This document shows positions 49,992-63,651 of a DNA stretch of 64,000 nucleotides, piece after piece. The position numbers were made by a program, and so were the translations under genes. Positions within the stretch are counted from its first letter, which is position 1, and every line of letters starts with the position of its first letter. Source of the DNA: Planctomycetota bacterium (GTDB taxonomy: Bacteria > Planctomycetota > PLA2 > JAEUHO01); the NCBI GenBank assembly GCA_050248855.1, contig JBFWRP010000006.1, positions 133,514 to 197,513 on the forward strand, in the 5' to 3' direction. A model generated the notes under the pieces. That model searched no databases and was not told the origin of the DNA. It worked only from the letters and a program-made list of their open reading frames with translations.

Positions 49992-50825
49992 CTAGTCGGA
50001 CGCGATTTCGCTCCGCACCTCCTGCGCGAAAGCCACCAGCGTGTCCTCTCTGACGACCGTACGGAGCCGATTACTGGAGGCGATCAAGTGCATGGCCTCA
50101 TCGTAGGCGACCCTCAGTTTCCCCGGTTGCGGTGGAGCGACAATGGGCGTGAACATGAACTCGTTGGACTCAGAGAGGGCATCCAGTCGGCCGCGCCACG
50201 CCAAGCCCTTCTTGACGATTGTCTCTTCTTCCTTGACGTCAAAGGAGAGGACGTCCACCAACTGACGCTGACCGTTCTGCCAGGCGAACGGGAACGTGTA
50301 CCCGTAGTAGTCCGTCGCCACTCTGACGTCGTGCTCAATCGGAACCTGAAAGCGGCGGAACACCTTCGCCGCTCGGCGCCTGAGCTCCGATCGCGACAGT
50401 TGCGGGGTCTCGGCGGCGATCGAGTCGCGCTCCAGAAACGTTTCGCGCAAGTCGGCAGTGAGCGTCGTGAGAGTTGAAGTTAGCCCATGCATCAAGGGCC
50501 CCCAGCGGAAGGAGCTCTGATCGTTGAATCCAAGTTGCTCCTCAAGGACGCCTGCGAAGCGGTCCGCCGTGACGATCGCCGCACCCTGGGTTTCCCAAGC
50601 CCGCTTTATGCGATGGCTTGCCTGCCTGAGCATGATCTTGAAGGCGTTGGCCTCTGTATGCGGCGCGAGGCACCGCACACGCTTGACTCGGAGCGGGACC
50701 TGCGTGGCAACGGCCTTGCTCGCAGTCTCGCCGTCGAGCATCGCGGCAAGGAACCCGACGTTCACGAACTCGGAGTCAGGCCCGAACGGGTGAAAGCGGA
50801 GGATGCAGGCGATGTACGGTCGCAT
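49992..50825 (-). CDS. DUF3037-domain protein
   Basis: ILRFHP...EFVNVG; C-terminal FPFAWQNG. Confidence 0.75.
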   Translation of the reverse strand: MRPYIACILRFHPFGPDSEFVNVGFLAAMLDGETASKAVATQVPLRVKRVRCLAPHTEANAFKIMLRQASHRIKRAWETQGAAIVTADRFAGVLEEQLGFNDQSSFRWGPLMHGLTSTLTTLTADLRETFLERDSIAAETPQLSRSELRRRAAKVFRRFQVPIEHDVRVATDYYGYTFPFAWQNGQRQLVDVLSFDVKEEETIVKKGLAWRGRLDALSESNEFMFTPIVAPPQPGKLRVAYDEAMHLIASSNRLRTVVREDTLVAFAQEVRSEIASD

Positions 50826-51802
50826 CACGGTGCTCCAAACGTACTGCGCACATTGCGGATGACGTCCTCGATCGTTGAGTCTCGATCATTGAGGAGTTGC
50901 TCCGCCAGGGTCAGGTGCTTCGGGTCGGCAATCCACTCCGCCGGGACCCCTGCCAGGACGGTGGCAACCCACGCAGGCGTCACGACGTCCCGCCACAGGT
51001 CCCGAACACCATCGTACCCGTCCTCTTGACTAGACGCGGCCACGCCGTGAGCAGCGTGAGCACGCACCAGGCGTTCCTCGACCAAGTAGGGGCTTTGCCA
51101 CGCAGGCTGGGTTTCGAGGAACGCCCAGAACGCAAGCCCGTGGTCGACCAGGGTTACGCTGCCCGGGGTGCCGTTCCACATGATGTTCGGGTTGTTGCGA
51201 AGCCGATCTGCATTCAGGACGCAGGAGTCGGCCAAGACCGAAGCCGTGAGGGCATCGCGGTCGCCGGGTCCAATCTTGGCGCTGGGCGTATCGAACCAGT
51301 CTGCGTAGCCGTCAAGGCGTTGAACCCAGAAGATTGGCCCCAACTCACTCAGTAGACGGGCCTTGAGCGGGCTCGTGGGCACGCCGACGAGAGCATCGCT
51401 TGTCAGCTCTGCTACGCCGCACTCCGCGACCTGCAATCCAAGGAGGGTCAAGAGTCGAGCGATGACGAGTTCAGCCAGCAGGTGTGACGTCCTCGTTTCG
51501 CCGGTCTTCCCGGATGCCTTCCTGAACTTCAGGATTACCGCGAGTTCGCGGCCACCATCCACCTCCCGGACGCGGCCAAGCAAGCTCCCGGAGCTTCCGC
51601 CGGGCGATGCGCTCGACACCTGCACCACCTCAAACTCATGGACGGCCGCGGCCGGTAGCGTCGCCGGAGGCGCCGCGGTCGCTTCGTCCTCAAGCGGTGC
51701 CGAGACCGGGGGGCCAGATGCCGCGGCTTCCGGCCCGTCCGCAGGTCCGGAACTCGCAGCCCCCGAGCCTCGCACGTCGTCTTCTTCCTTGGCGTTCCCC
51801 AC
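50825..51802 (-). CDS. HipA-like kinase (HipA_2 type)
   Basis: ILKFR, AELV, LNADR...NIM and LVDHGLAF. Confidence 0.8.
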   Translation of the reverse strand: MGNAKEEDDVRGSGAASSGPADGPEAAASGPPVSAPLEDEATAAPPATLPAAAVHEFEVVQVSSASPGGSSGSLLGRVREVDGGRELAVILKFRKASGKTGETRTSHLLAELVIARLLTLLGLQVAECGVAELTSDALVGVPTSPLKARLLSELGPIFWVQRLDGYADWFDTPSAKIGPGDRDALTASVLADSCVLNADRLRNNPNIMWNGTPGSVTLVDHGLAFWAFLETQPAWQSPYLVEERLVRAHAAHGVAASSQEDGYDGVRDLWRDVVTPAWVATVLAGVPAEWIADPKHLTLAEQLLNDRDSTIEDVIRNVRSTFGAP

Positions 51803-52091
51803 CTCGCCGCCCTCTCCCGCTCCACAGCGGCCCGCCCTTCGTCAGCAGCCCGTCCAGGGCGCTGCGGCGGGACGCGCACGTCCCCGACTGAGGGTAGCCC
51901 CGATTCGCTCGCCGTGCGGCTGTGGCTCGGCAAGAGCCGTCGGGACGCCCGGTCGCCTCAGACACCCGTGGGGCCCGGCGGTACCTGACTACTCAGGTTG
52001 GCGAAGGACGCTTGGAGGGGCATTTCAGGGGGCGGCGCATGACCCGCATGCTCGTAACATCCTTTCATACATAGTCTTGCGATCGACTAGC

Positions 52092-52159
52092 GGCCGGTTT
52101 CGAAAACCGGTGTAGGGGCAACCCTACCTAGGGTTCAAATCCCTATCTCTCCGCCACTT
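52092..52159 (+). repeat. attR core (3' part of tRNA-Ser)
   Basis: Identical to 33439-33506. Confidence 0.93.
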
Positions 52160-52389
52160 CTCCCCGCGCTGGGAACGTCTCGTGGCTCGTTCCGCGCTAC
52201 CGCGCGGAGTCTTCGCCGGGCTGCCGCGCTGTGCGCGGCCACCCGCCGGCAAGGGGGGACCTGCGATCCCCCCTTCCAAGCCCCCCGCGGGCTCAAATCC
52301 CTATCTCTCCGCCACCTTCTCTCTCGAGCCCAGCCAGTCGTGGCTCGTTCCGCGCTACCGCGCGGCGTCTTCGCCGGGTCGCCGCGCTG
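52131..52389. repeat. 158-bp-period duplication of the tRNA-Ser 3' end and its flank
   Basis: 52131-52231 resembles 52289-52389. Confidence 0.85.
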
Positions 52390-52463
52390 CGCGCGCCTGC
52401 AGCGGCCTCGCCTCGTGCGTAGGCTGCGGCCCCGCGCGACACCCCCGGAGGAGCTGACACGCG

Positions 52464-52718
52464 ATGGAGACATGCCTCGCAGCGTGGTCGCCCGAGACGA
52501 CGTACGCGGTCTACACGGTGGCAGTGCTTCTCGGCGTAGCAGCGTGCGGTGCGATCGGCTATGCGATCGGGCGCCCGAAGGGGCTTGGTGCGGCGGGGCT
52601 CGTGTTCGGCCTCTGCGGCAGCGTGCTCGGTCTGGTCGTGATCGCGCTGCTGAAGCCGCCGCGCCATGCGCGTACGCCGGCGCGTCGCCGTCGCGCCGCG
52701 GGCCGCAGGCGCGCGTAG
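52464..52718 (+). CDS. Small membrane protein
   Basis: Two TM segments; basic tail. Confidence 0.6.
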   Translation: METCLAAWSPETTYAVYTVAVLLGVAACGAIGYAIGRPKGLGAAGLVFGLCGSVLGLVVIALLKPPRHARTPARRRRAAGRRRA

Positions 52719-52725
52719 CGCGACG

Positions 52726-53991
52726 CTACTTCGTCACGACCGGCATCGGCGAGTCGAGCGGGTGCGTGGCGCGCTTGAGGAACAGGATCGCCCAGGCGGT
52801 GTCGAGGATGTCGCTCGCCTCGTACTCGGCGGTGCCGAGCGCTCCCGTGGCCCAGCGGCCATCGGGCTTCTGGGCCTGCAGCAGGTACTTGGCGCCTTCG
52901 ATGTACCAGTCGTGCACGCCGAGCAAGTCGCGGCCACCCAGCACGCCCGCACGCTCCAGGCCGTACAGGTAGTAGTAGTGCCAGTTGGGCGCCATCGACC
53001 CCGGGTTGCGGTCGACGGCGAAGTTCGCCTCGAGCCAAGCGAAGCCGTCCTGGACGGCTTGCGCCACTTCGAGCTGCTTGCTGGGCTTGTAGGAAGGGAA
53101 CTTGCGGGGGTTGACGAGGCCGTCGTGTGCGATGGCCAGGATCGCGATGCCGGCCGTCGTCATGCTGCCCGTGGCCACCGTGCTGTCGGCCGTGTAGGGC
53201 CAGCCGCGGCTGCGATCGTCGCTCTCCACGACGTAGACCGTGCCGCCTTCCTCCTCGGGCACGATCGTGCGCTTGACCTTGGGGCCGTCCTTCTGCTGCG
53301 CGGCCATGGTCCGCTCGAGCACGCGCAGCCAGACGCCGGGCGCGATGGCGATGCCGCTCTCCTTGGCGGCGCGCAGGCCCAGCAGGGCGTACTGGGTGTT
53401 CGAGAAGTCGGGTCGGTTCTGGGGGTAGCCCCAGTCGCCCGTCTCCTGCTTCTGCTGGTCCATGAGGAAGGTCGCCAGGCTGCGGATCCAGCCGAGCGCG
53501 TCCTCGGGCATGCCCAGCGGGTTGTTGGGGCCCGCGGGGCCGCGCTTCTTCTTGGGCTTCTTGCCGTCGGGGTGGCCGAAGTACTTGTGCGCGAACATGA
53601 GCACGGTGCCCGCGTCGTAGGTCGTGCGCGCGCCGGCGCCCTCCTCGTCCTTCTTGCGGCAGTAGCCCATGGCCTTGTCGAGGACCTCGTCGCCCTGCTC
53701 GTCGCCCGCGGCGATCAGGGCCAACCCCGCCAGCGCCGTCGAGCCGATCCCGTAGTAGGCCGTGCCGCCGTGCTTGACGAGGCCCAGCTGGCCGCTGGCA
53801 CCCTGCTGCTTGCGCAGCCACGCCGCGCCGCGTTCGACGGCCTCGTCGATGGCCTGCTGCATCTCCTTGTCGGGAACGCCCGGCTTCTGCTTCTTCTTGT
53901 CGCCGCCGGCCGCGAGGGGGGCGCTCGTGACCAGCACGACCGCCGCAACGGCGAGCAGGAGGAGGGAGCGGCTGCGGAGCAGGGCGTGCAT
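52726..53991 (-). CDS. Prenyltransferase/squalene-cyclase-repeat exported protein
   Basis: WLRKQQ, DFSNTQYALLGL, YYYLYGLERAG and QKPDGRW. Confidence 0.85.
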   Translation of the reverse strand: MHALLRSRSLLLLAVAAVVLVTSAPLAAGGDKKKQKPGVPDKEMQQAIDEAVERGAAWLRKQQGASGQLGLVKHGGTAYYGIGSTALAGLALIAAGDEQGDEVLDKAMGYCRKKDEEGAGARTTYDAGTVLMFAHKYFGHPDGKKPKKKRGPAGPNNPLGMPEDALGWIRSLATFLMDQQKQETGDWGYPQNRPDFSNTQYALLGLRAAKESGIAIAPGVWLRVLERTMAAQQKDGPKVKRTIVPEEEGGTVYVVESDDRSRGWPYTADSTVATGSMTTAGIAILAIAHDGLVNPRKFPSYKPSKQLEVAQAVQDGFAWLEANFAVDRNPGSMAPNWHYYYLYGLERAGVLGGRDLLGVHDWYIEGAKYLLQAQKPDGRWATGALGTAEYEASDILDTAWAILFLKRATHPLDSPMPVVTK

Positions 53992-54056
53992 GGCGTGAAG
54001 CCTACCCGGCGATCCGCGGGGGCCCGCCGCCGGGCATCCCGTATCCTCGGCCGGTC

Positions 54057-55508
54057 ATGCCGATCGTCCTGCTCCGCATCGTCGCACCGCTCGTGCTGCT
54101 CGCCCTGCTCCTGGTCTCGCCGTCGGCGGCGTTGGCGGAAGACGTGGGCGACGGGATCAGGGCCTTCAAGGAGGCCCAGAAGTCGGGGGATTGGCGCGTG
54201 CGCGTCGAAGCGTACGACGCGCTCTCGTTCTACGACGGCCCCCAGATCGTCGAGGTCATGCTCGACGCCATGGAGGCCGATCCCCACCCGGCCGCCAAGC
54301 TCGGCGCGGCCGAGCGCCTGGGCCGCCTCGTCAGCGACGAAGCCAAGGCCGACCTCTACGCCGCCATCCAGAAGGGCAGCGACGAGCGCCGTTACCTCGC
54401 CCTCCTGGCCGTTCGCAGCCAGCCCGGACCCGACGGCAAGGACGTGCTCATCGAGCTGGCCCGGGGCAAGGAGGCGCCCATCGCGGCCCAGGCGGCGATC
54501 GCGCTGGGCCAGAAGCACGTGCCCGAGGCGATTCCCGTCTTGGTGGAGCTGATCGAGAAGGCCGAGGACGACCAGGTCAAGCGTGCCGCGGCGGAGGCTC
54601 TCCGGCGCATGGCCGGCCCGCCGCCCCAGCCCAAGATCGGGCACGACGGCAAGCCGCTGCCCGAGCCCAACCCGCCGCCGTGGGTGCCGACCTGGTACAC
54701 GCTGGACACGGTCGTTCCGGCCCTCGTGAGGGTGCTGGGCAATCCCAAGGGAGGGATCGAGCGGGCCGAGGCGTGGCGGACGCTCGTGCGACTGCTCAAG
54801 CACGACATGGGTCTGGATCCCGCCGCATGGACGGCGCTCGCCGCGGGCAAGACCCCGGAAGAGATCAAGAAGAAGCCGCTTCCCTACCGCTCGATCTTCG
54901 GCATTCCCCTGTTCGGGGAGCGCATGGTCGTGATCCTCGACACCAGCGCCCAGACCGACGATCCCCACCCGTACGACCGCGATCGGCTGACCGCGCTCTG
55001 CGAGGTCCCCGGCGCGCGCCCCATCCCCTGGTTCCAGCTGCAGACCAAGCGCGACTTCGCGCGCGCCTGGACACGGCGGTGGGTGCAGGACCTGCCCAAG
55101 GGCGCCAAGTTCGACGTGTTCCTCGTCAACACGTCACTCAACGACGTGTTCGGCAAGCTCAACAGCGTCAACGCGGGGACGAAGAAGGCTGCCCTCGAAG
55201 CGATCGACGAGACCAAGGCCGTCACGGGCCAGGACGTTCTCGGCGCCCTGATGGCCGCCATCCACCTGGGTGGGGAGAAGGACAAGCAGGTCTGGACCAA
55301 GGGGCCGTCGGAGATCCTCTACGTGAGCAGCAGCAAGCCCTGGCTCGCCGAGGTCACCGACGAGGACCACATCGGCGCGGCCGTGGCGCTGCGCGCGGGC
55401 TGGCTCCAGGTCCCCGTCCACACGGTGGGGGTGGGCAACCACCCGTTCGCCATGATGCAGGTCATGTCGGCGGCCGCCGGAGGCACCTACCTGGACCTGT
55501 CCAAGTAG
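54057..55508 (+). CDS. Exported HEAT-repeat plus VWA-like protein
   Basis: HEAT repeats; IFGIP...VILDTS. Confidence 0.8.
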   Translation: MPIVLLRIVAPLVLLALLLVSPSAALAEDVGDGIRAFKEAQKSGDWRVRVEAYDALSFYDGPQIVEVMLDAMEADPHPAAKLGAAERLGRLVSDEAKADLYAAIQKGSDERRYLALLAVRSQPGPDGKDVLIELARGKEAPIAAQAAIALGQKHVPEAIPVLVELIEKAEDDQVKRAAAEALRRMAGPPPQPKIGHDGKPLPEPNPPPWVPTWYTLDTVVPALVRVLGNPKGGIERAEAWRTLVRLLKHDMGLDPAAWTALAAGKTPEEIKKKPLPYRSIFGIPLFGERMVVILDTSAQTDDPHPYDRDRLTALCEVPGARPIPWFQLQTKRDFARAWTRRWVQDLPKGAKFDVFLVNTSLNDVFGKLNSVNAGTKKAALEAIDETKAVTGQDVLGALMAAIHLGGEKDKQVWTKGPSEILYVSSSKPWLAEVTDEDHIGAAVALRAGWLQVPVHTVGVGNHPFAMMQVMSAAAGGTYLDLSK

Positions 55509-55635
55509 GCGCGGGGCCCGGGGCCTCCGTCCCGCCCCTCCCCGCCGCCTCCCCGGGCCGAGGGCGCCGGATCGCCAAGCGGGGCCGCGTCGCACGCGGT
55601 GGTACCCTCATGGGCGACTCCGTCGGGAGGATCCC

Positions 55636-56676
55636 ATGCACGGTCGCACGCTATCGCTTGCCCTGGCCCTCACGGGCCTGCTCTCGCTCCCCGCGTTTGC
55701 CGCGCCCGATGGCGGCGCCGACCCGGCCGCGGCCCCCGCGCCGGAGGCCGCTGCCCCCGCCGAGCTCGCCTCCCCCGAGGAGGTGAAGGCCGCGGTCGAG
55801 GCCTACAAGGAGAACTGGAAGGCCAAGGGCCTGAAGGGCGATGAGCGTCTCGCGCAGCGCGACTGGGCCATGCAGCAGCTGGCTGCCGTCCAGCACCCCG
55901 AAGTCGTCGACGAGCTGGCGAAGGTACTGAAGGGCAGCGACGAGAACCTGCGCATCGCGGCCGCCGTGCACCTCTCCTCGCAGACCGCCTTGCCCGTCCA
56001 GGCCGGCAAGAAGATCGCGGAGGCGATCCAGCGCAACAAGAACGACGTCAACTTCCTGATGGCGGCGCTCGACAGCCTCGGTCGGCTCAAGTTCCTCGGC
56101 GCGACCGAGGTCATCGACGAGATGCTTCGCCACCCGGACTTCTCGGTGAAGAAGGCCGCGATCGAGGCCGTCGGCTCGACGGGCGACATGCGCCTCATGC
56201 TGCCCATGCTCAAGCTGGTCCAGATCGACCCCGACCGCGAGCCCCCGGGTGCCCGCGGCAAGAACAGCGGCCAGAGCGAGTCCGACGGCGAGGGCTACTC
56301 CTGGGAGGGCGCCGAGGCCACCGTGGACACGGGCACGGCCGGTGATGGCGACCAGAAGGCCGCCGAGAAGAAGGCCAAGGAGCAGGCCGCCAAGAACAAG
56401 GCCGAGGCCGACGCCAAGGCCGCGGCGTCGGGCGGCAGCGGGGGCAAGCCCGACAAGCCCGGCAAGGGCGGCGGCGGCCGCAGCATCCAGGAGCTGATCC
56501 ACCCCATCAAGAAGGCCCTGGGCGCCTTGACGGGCGAGGAGTTCGACAGCCCCGTGACGGTGCACGCATGGCTCGTCGCCCACAAGGACGAGATCGCCGC
56601 GCGCATCAAGGAGCTCGCCGACGTCGAGAAGGACCAGGCCAAGACCGAGAAGGAGGCCGTCGAAGCCGCCAAGTAG
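55636..56676 (+). CDS. Exported HEAT-repeat protein
   Basis: Signal peptide; HEAT repeats; low-complexity insert. Confidence 0.8.
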   Translation: MHGRTLSLALALTGLLSLPAFAAPDGGADPAAAPAPEAAAPAELASPEEVKAAVEAYKENWKAKGLKGDERLAQRDWAMQQLAAVQHPEVVDELAKVLKGSDENLRIAAAVHLSSQTALPVQAGKKIAEAIQRNKNDVNFLMAALDSLGRLKFLGATEVIDEMLRHPDFSVKKAAIEAVGSTGDMRLMLPMLKLVQIDPDREPPGARGKNSGQSESDGEGYSWEGAEATVDTGTAGDGDQKAAEKKAKEQAAKNKAEADAKAAASGGSGGKPDKPGKGGGGRSIQELIHPIKKALGALTGEEFDSPVTVHAWLVAHKDEIAARIKELADVEKDQAKTEKEAVEAAK

Positions 56677-56789
56677 GCGCGCCTCGATCCGTGTGCGCCC
56701 GACGCCCGTCGCAGCGATGCGGCGGGCGTCGTCGTTTATGACAGCGGCCCGTTCTGGCGCGTGTCGGGGGTCGTGGACAAGGTAGGCAG

Positions 56790-60491
<3,702 letters not shown>

Positions 60492-60513
60492 CGCGCGGAC
60501 CTACACTCCTCCC

Positions 60514-61359
60514 GTGGACGTCGTCGACGGGCTGCTGCCGCCGGAGATCGCCAAGCGAGCCGAGGAGATCGGGGTCGCGAAAGCCTCGATGCCGGCGGGC
60601 CAGCGCCTGGGCCTCTCCGTTCTCGCGGGTGCCTTCATCGCGTTGGGCGCCGTGTTCAGCACCGTCGCGGTCACCAACGCGGACGAGCTCCTGCCCTACG
60701 GACTGACGCGCCTCGTGGCCGGCGTCACGTTCTGTCTCGGTCTCGTGCTCGTGGTGGTGGGGGGCGCGGAGCTCTTCACCGGCAACAACCTGGTCGTCAT
60801 GGCCTGGGCCAGCGGGCGCATCCGCACGCGCCAGCTTCTCGCGGGCTGGGCCTGGGTCTACGCCGGCAACTTCCTCGGTGCGCTCGGCACGGCCGTCCTC
60901 GTGGTGTTCGCCCGCCACCACCACCTTGCCGACGGGGCCGTCGGTGTCCAGCAGTGGGCCATCGCGCGCGCCAAGGTGGGTCTGGAGTTCGGCCAGGCCG
61001 TTGCCATCGGCACGCTCTGCAACGCACTCGTGTGCCTCGCCATCTGGCTCACGCTGTCCACGCGCAGCACGGCGGGACGCATCCTGGCCATCGTGTTTCC
61101 CGTCACGGCCTTCGTGACGTCCGGCTTCGAGCACTGCGTCGCCAACATGTACTACGTGCCCGTCGTGCTGCTGACCCGCTGGCTGGATCCCGCGTTCGTC
61201 GCGAGCTCCGTGCCCGAAGGCGCGGACGTGACCTGGACGGGGTTCCTCGCCCACAACCTGCTCCCCGTGACCGTAGGAAACCTCGTGGGCGGCGTGCTCC
61301 TGGTGGCAGGCGTCTACTGGCTGGTCTACCTGGGGCCGCGCCGCCGCGCCGGCGGGTAG
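60514..61359 (+). CDS. Formate/nitrite transporter (FNT family)
   Basis: AELFTGN, CNALVCLA, GFEHCVANM and VTVGNLVGG. Confidence 0.92.
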   Translation: MDVVDGLLPPEIAKRAEEIGVAKASMPAGQRLGLSVLAGAFIALGAVFSTVAVTNADELLPYGLTRLVAGVTFCLGLVLVVVGGAELFTGNNLVVMAWASGRIRTRQLLAGWAWVYAGNFLGALGTAVLVVFARHHHLADGAVGVQQWAIARAKVGLEFGQAVAIGTLCNALVCLAIWLTLSTRSTAGRILAIVFPVTAFVTSGFEHCVANMYYVPVVLLTRWLDPAFVASSVPEGADVTWTGFLAHNLLPVTVGNLVGGVLLVAGVYWLVYLGPRRRAGG

Positions 61360-61446
61360 CCGCGCGCCCGGTCCGGGCCCGCGCCCGCGCCCCGCTTGCC
61401 AGGCCCCAGGTCCCTTGTGACCCTCCCCGCTTCCCCCGAGGACGCC

Positions 61447-63399
61447 ATGGCTGCCGACGCGAATGCCCCCGACGCCCGTCCCGGCGGACGCTTCGACGTG
61501 GACTTCGAGGGCGCGCGCCTGCTCGGCACCTACCGCGTGGAACGCCGCATCGCCACCGGCGGCATGGGCAGCGTCTACCTGGCCCGCGACGAGAACCTCG
61601 ACCGCCCTGCCGTCGTGAAGGTGCCGCACGCGCGCCTGCTGGGGGAGCCTGGATTCCGCGAGCGCTTCGCCCGCGAGATCACCGAGCTCGTGCGGCTGGA
61701 GCACCCGCACATCGTGCGCATCCTGGCGCAGGGGGTCCACGACGAGGTGCCCTTCTTCGTCCTGCAGTACCTGTCGGGCAGCTCGCTCGGCTCGCGGCTC
61801 GAGGAGACACCCGAGGGGCGCGAGCCGGCGTCCGAGCTCTTCGCGTGGCTGCCCACGGTGGCCCGGACCCTCGACTTCATCCATGCGCGCGGCACGGTCC
61901 ACCGCGACGTCAAGCCGGACAACATCCTGTTCGACGAGACCGGCAACGTGTACCTGTCCGACTTCGGCGTGGCCAAGGCCATGGGCGCCGGTTCCGTCGA
62001 GCTGACCGATCTCGGCACGGGCATCGGCTCGCCGCAGTACATGGCCCCCGAGCAGGCGTTGGGCCACGGGGTCACCGGTCAAGCCGACCAGTACGCGTTG
62101 GCCACGACGGTCTACCGCGCGCTCAATGGTCGTCTGCCGTACGAGGGATCGACGGTGATCGAGCTGCTGATGGCCAAGCAGGGCAAGGAGATCACGCCGT
62201 TCGACGCGAGCGCCCGCGTGCCCCAGGCACTGTGGCCCGTCCTCGTGCGTGCGTTGGCGCGCGATCCCGCGGCGCGCTTCCCCAGCTGCGTGGCGTTCGC
62301 CGACGCCGTGCAAGCGGCGATCGCGCCGTCCAAGGCAGGCACGTGGCCCACGGTCACGACTCCGCCCCTGCCTCGTCGCCAGCGTGCAGCCACGGTGGCC
62401 GCCGCCGCGGGCGTGCTCGTGGTGGGCAGCCTCGTGATCTGGTCGCCCTGGTCGTCGGGCGTCACGTCGCCGACGCCCCTGGTGGCGCCTCCCGCCACGG
62501 CCCCGCCTGCGCCCGAGCCCCGGTCGTCCAGCACGCTGATCGTCCTGGACACCGGCTCGGCGCCACGTCGCCTGCTCACCTACAGCGTTCCCGTCGGCTT
62601 CCGCCAGGAGTGGACCTACGACGCACGTCAGACCATCCAGCCCGCCGACAGCGAGAAGCGGACGACGGATCCGGTGGCGATCGACTTGCGGATGCAGGGC
62701 ATCTTCGAGGTGAAGGCCGCCGAGCCCGACGGGCGGCTGCGATGCACCTTCCGCCAGCGGGCGGTCACGTCGCGTTCCGAGAACGACTACTACCGGACCT
62801 TGCTCGAGCGCCAACAGGCGTCGCCCGCCGCGCGCCTCTTGTTCGACCGCGAGTTCGAGTTCCTGTTGGCGCGCAACGGAGAGATCGAGCTCGCCCCCTC
62901 GAGCGACGAGACCATCGGCAAGCTCAGCCCGGCCATCGTCAGCGCCATCCGCTCGATTCTCCCGCCGCTGCCGGGCGAGCCCGTGGGGCAGGGCGCCAGC
63001 TGGATCGTGACAGGATCCCTGAACATGGGCGGCACGGAGGTGCGCTACGCGGGCAAGGACACCGTGACGAGCCTGGAAGGGGACTTGGTCGAGCTCTCCG
63101 TCCAGTTCGGCGGACAGCGCGAGGGAGCAGACGACGAGGACGCGCCCGCCCAGGTCGGGCGCGTCAGCGGCAAAGGCCGCATGACGCTGGACCTCACCCA
63201 GCTCGCGCCCGTCGACGTGGATCTCACGATCGAGCAGGAGAGCCTGGTCCGCCGCCTCGATGGCAAGCGTGTCCCGCTCCACATGACCTTCGAGCAGTGG
63301 ACGCCGACCGAGGAGGAGCTGGAGAACCCTGACGCCCCTCCCCGTGCGCGCCCCGTCCCGGTCGGCCGCGGCGGGCGCGACCATCCCGACAACCGCTGA
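61447..63399 (+). CDS. Hanks-type Ser/Thr protein kinase with TM segment and extracellular domain
   Basis: GGMGSVY, HRDVKPDN, DFG and YMAPEQ; TM segment. Confidence 0.92.
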   Translation: MAADANAPDARPGGRFDVDFEGARLLGTYRVERRIATGGMGSVYLARDENLDRPAVVKVPHARLLGEPGFRERFAREITELVRLEHPHIVRILAQGVHDEVPFFVLQYLSGSSLGSRLEETPEGREPASELFAWLPTVARTLDFIHARGTVHRDVKPDNILFDETGNVYLSDFGVAKAMGAGSVELTDLGTGIGSPQYMAPEQALGHGVTGQADQYALATTVYRALNGRLPYEGSTVIELLMAKQGKEITPFDASARVPQALWPVLVRALARDPAARFPSCVAFADAVQAAIAPSKAGTWPTVTTPPLPRRQRAATVAAAAGVLVVGSLVIWSPWSSGVTSPTPLVAPPATAPPAPEPRSSSTLIVLDTGSAPRRLLTYSVPVGFRQEWTYDARQTIQPADSEKRTTDPVAIDLRMQGIFEVKAAEPDGRLRCTFRQRAVTSRSENDYYRTLLERQQASPAARLLFDREFEFLLARNGEIELAPSSDETIGKLSPAIVSAIRSILPPLPGEPVGQGASWIVTGSLNMGGTEVRYAGKDTVTSLEGDLVELSVQFGGQREGADDEDAPAQVGRVSGKGRMTLDLTQLAPVDVDLTIEQESLVRRLDGKRVPLHMTFEQWTPTEEELENPDAPPRARPVPVGRGGRDHPDNR

Positions 63400-63459
63400 C
63401 GCACGCCTCGTCCGCCCCTTGTCGGTTGCCTCCCTCGCAGGCACCCTGGGCCTCCCCAC

Positions 63460-63548
63460 GCCGGAGTGGCGGAATCGGCAGACGCAGCGGATTCAAAATC
63501 CGCCGGGCTTTGCGGCCCTTGAGGGTTCGAGTCCCTCCTCCGGCACCA
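63460..63548 (+). tRNA. tRNA-Leu(CAA)
   Basis: Long variable arm, anticodon CAA, CCA end. Confidence 0.95.
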
Positions 63549-63651
63549 CCTCAAATCCCTAGTATCAGGGCTTTGGGCGCTGTCGGTGCCCTCGCCGATC
63601 TTGGAGCCTCCTGCTCGACGTCAACACCTAGACGTCAACAGGGAGGCTCAG

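Larger units (their letters stand above)
33507..52159. mobile_element. tRNA-Ser-integrated element, phage-satellite-like (~18.65 kb)
   Basis: att direct repeats, integrase, Xis/AlpA-like genes, replication genes and visibly lower GC in parts. Confidence 0.9.

Noticed and set aside
33507..52091. Complete prophage or ICE
   Set aside because: No recognisable terminase, portal, capsid, lysin, relaxase or VirB4 motifs; remote homologs cannot be excluded.
52092..52156. Second tRNA-Ser gene
   Set aside because: It lacks the 5' acceptor strand and D-arm; it is the attR copy.
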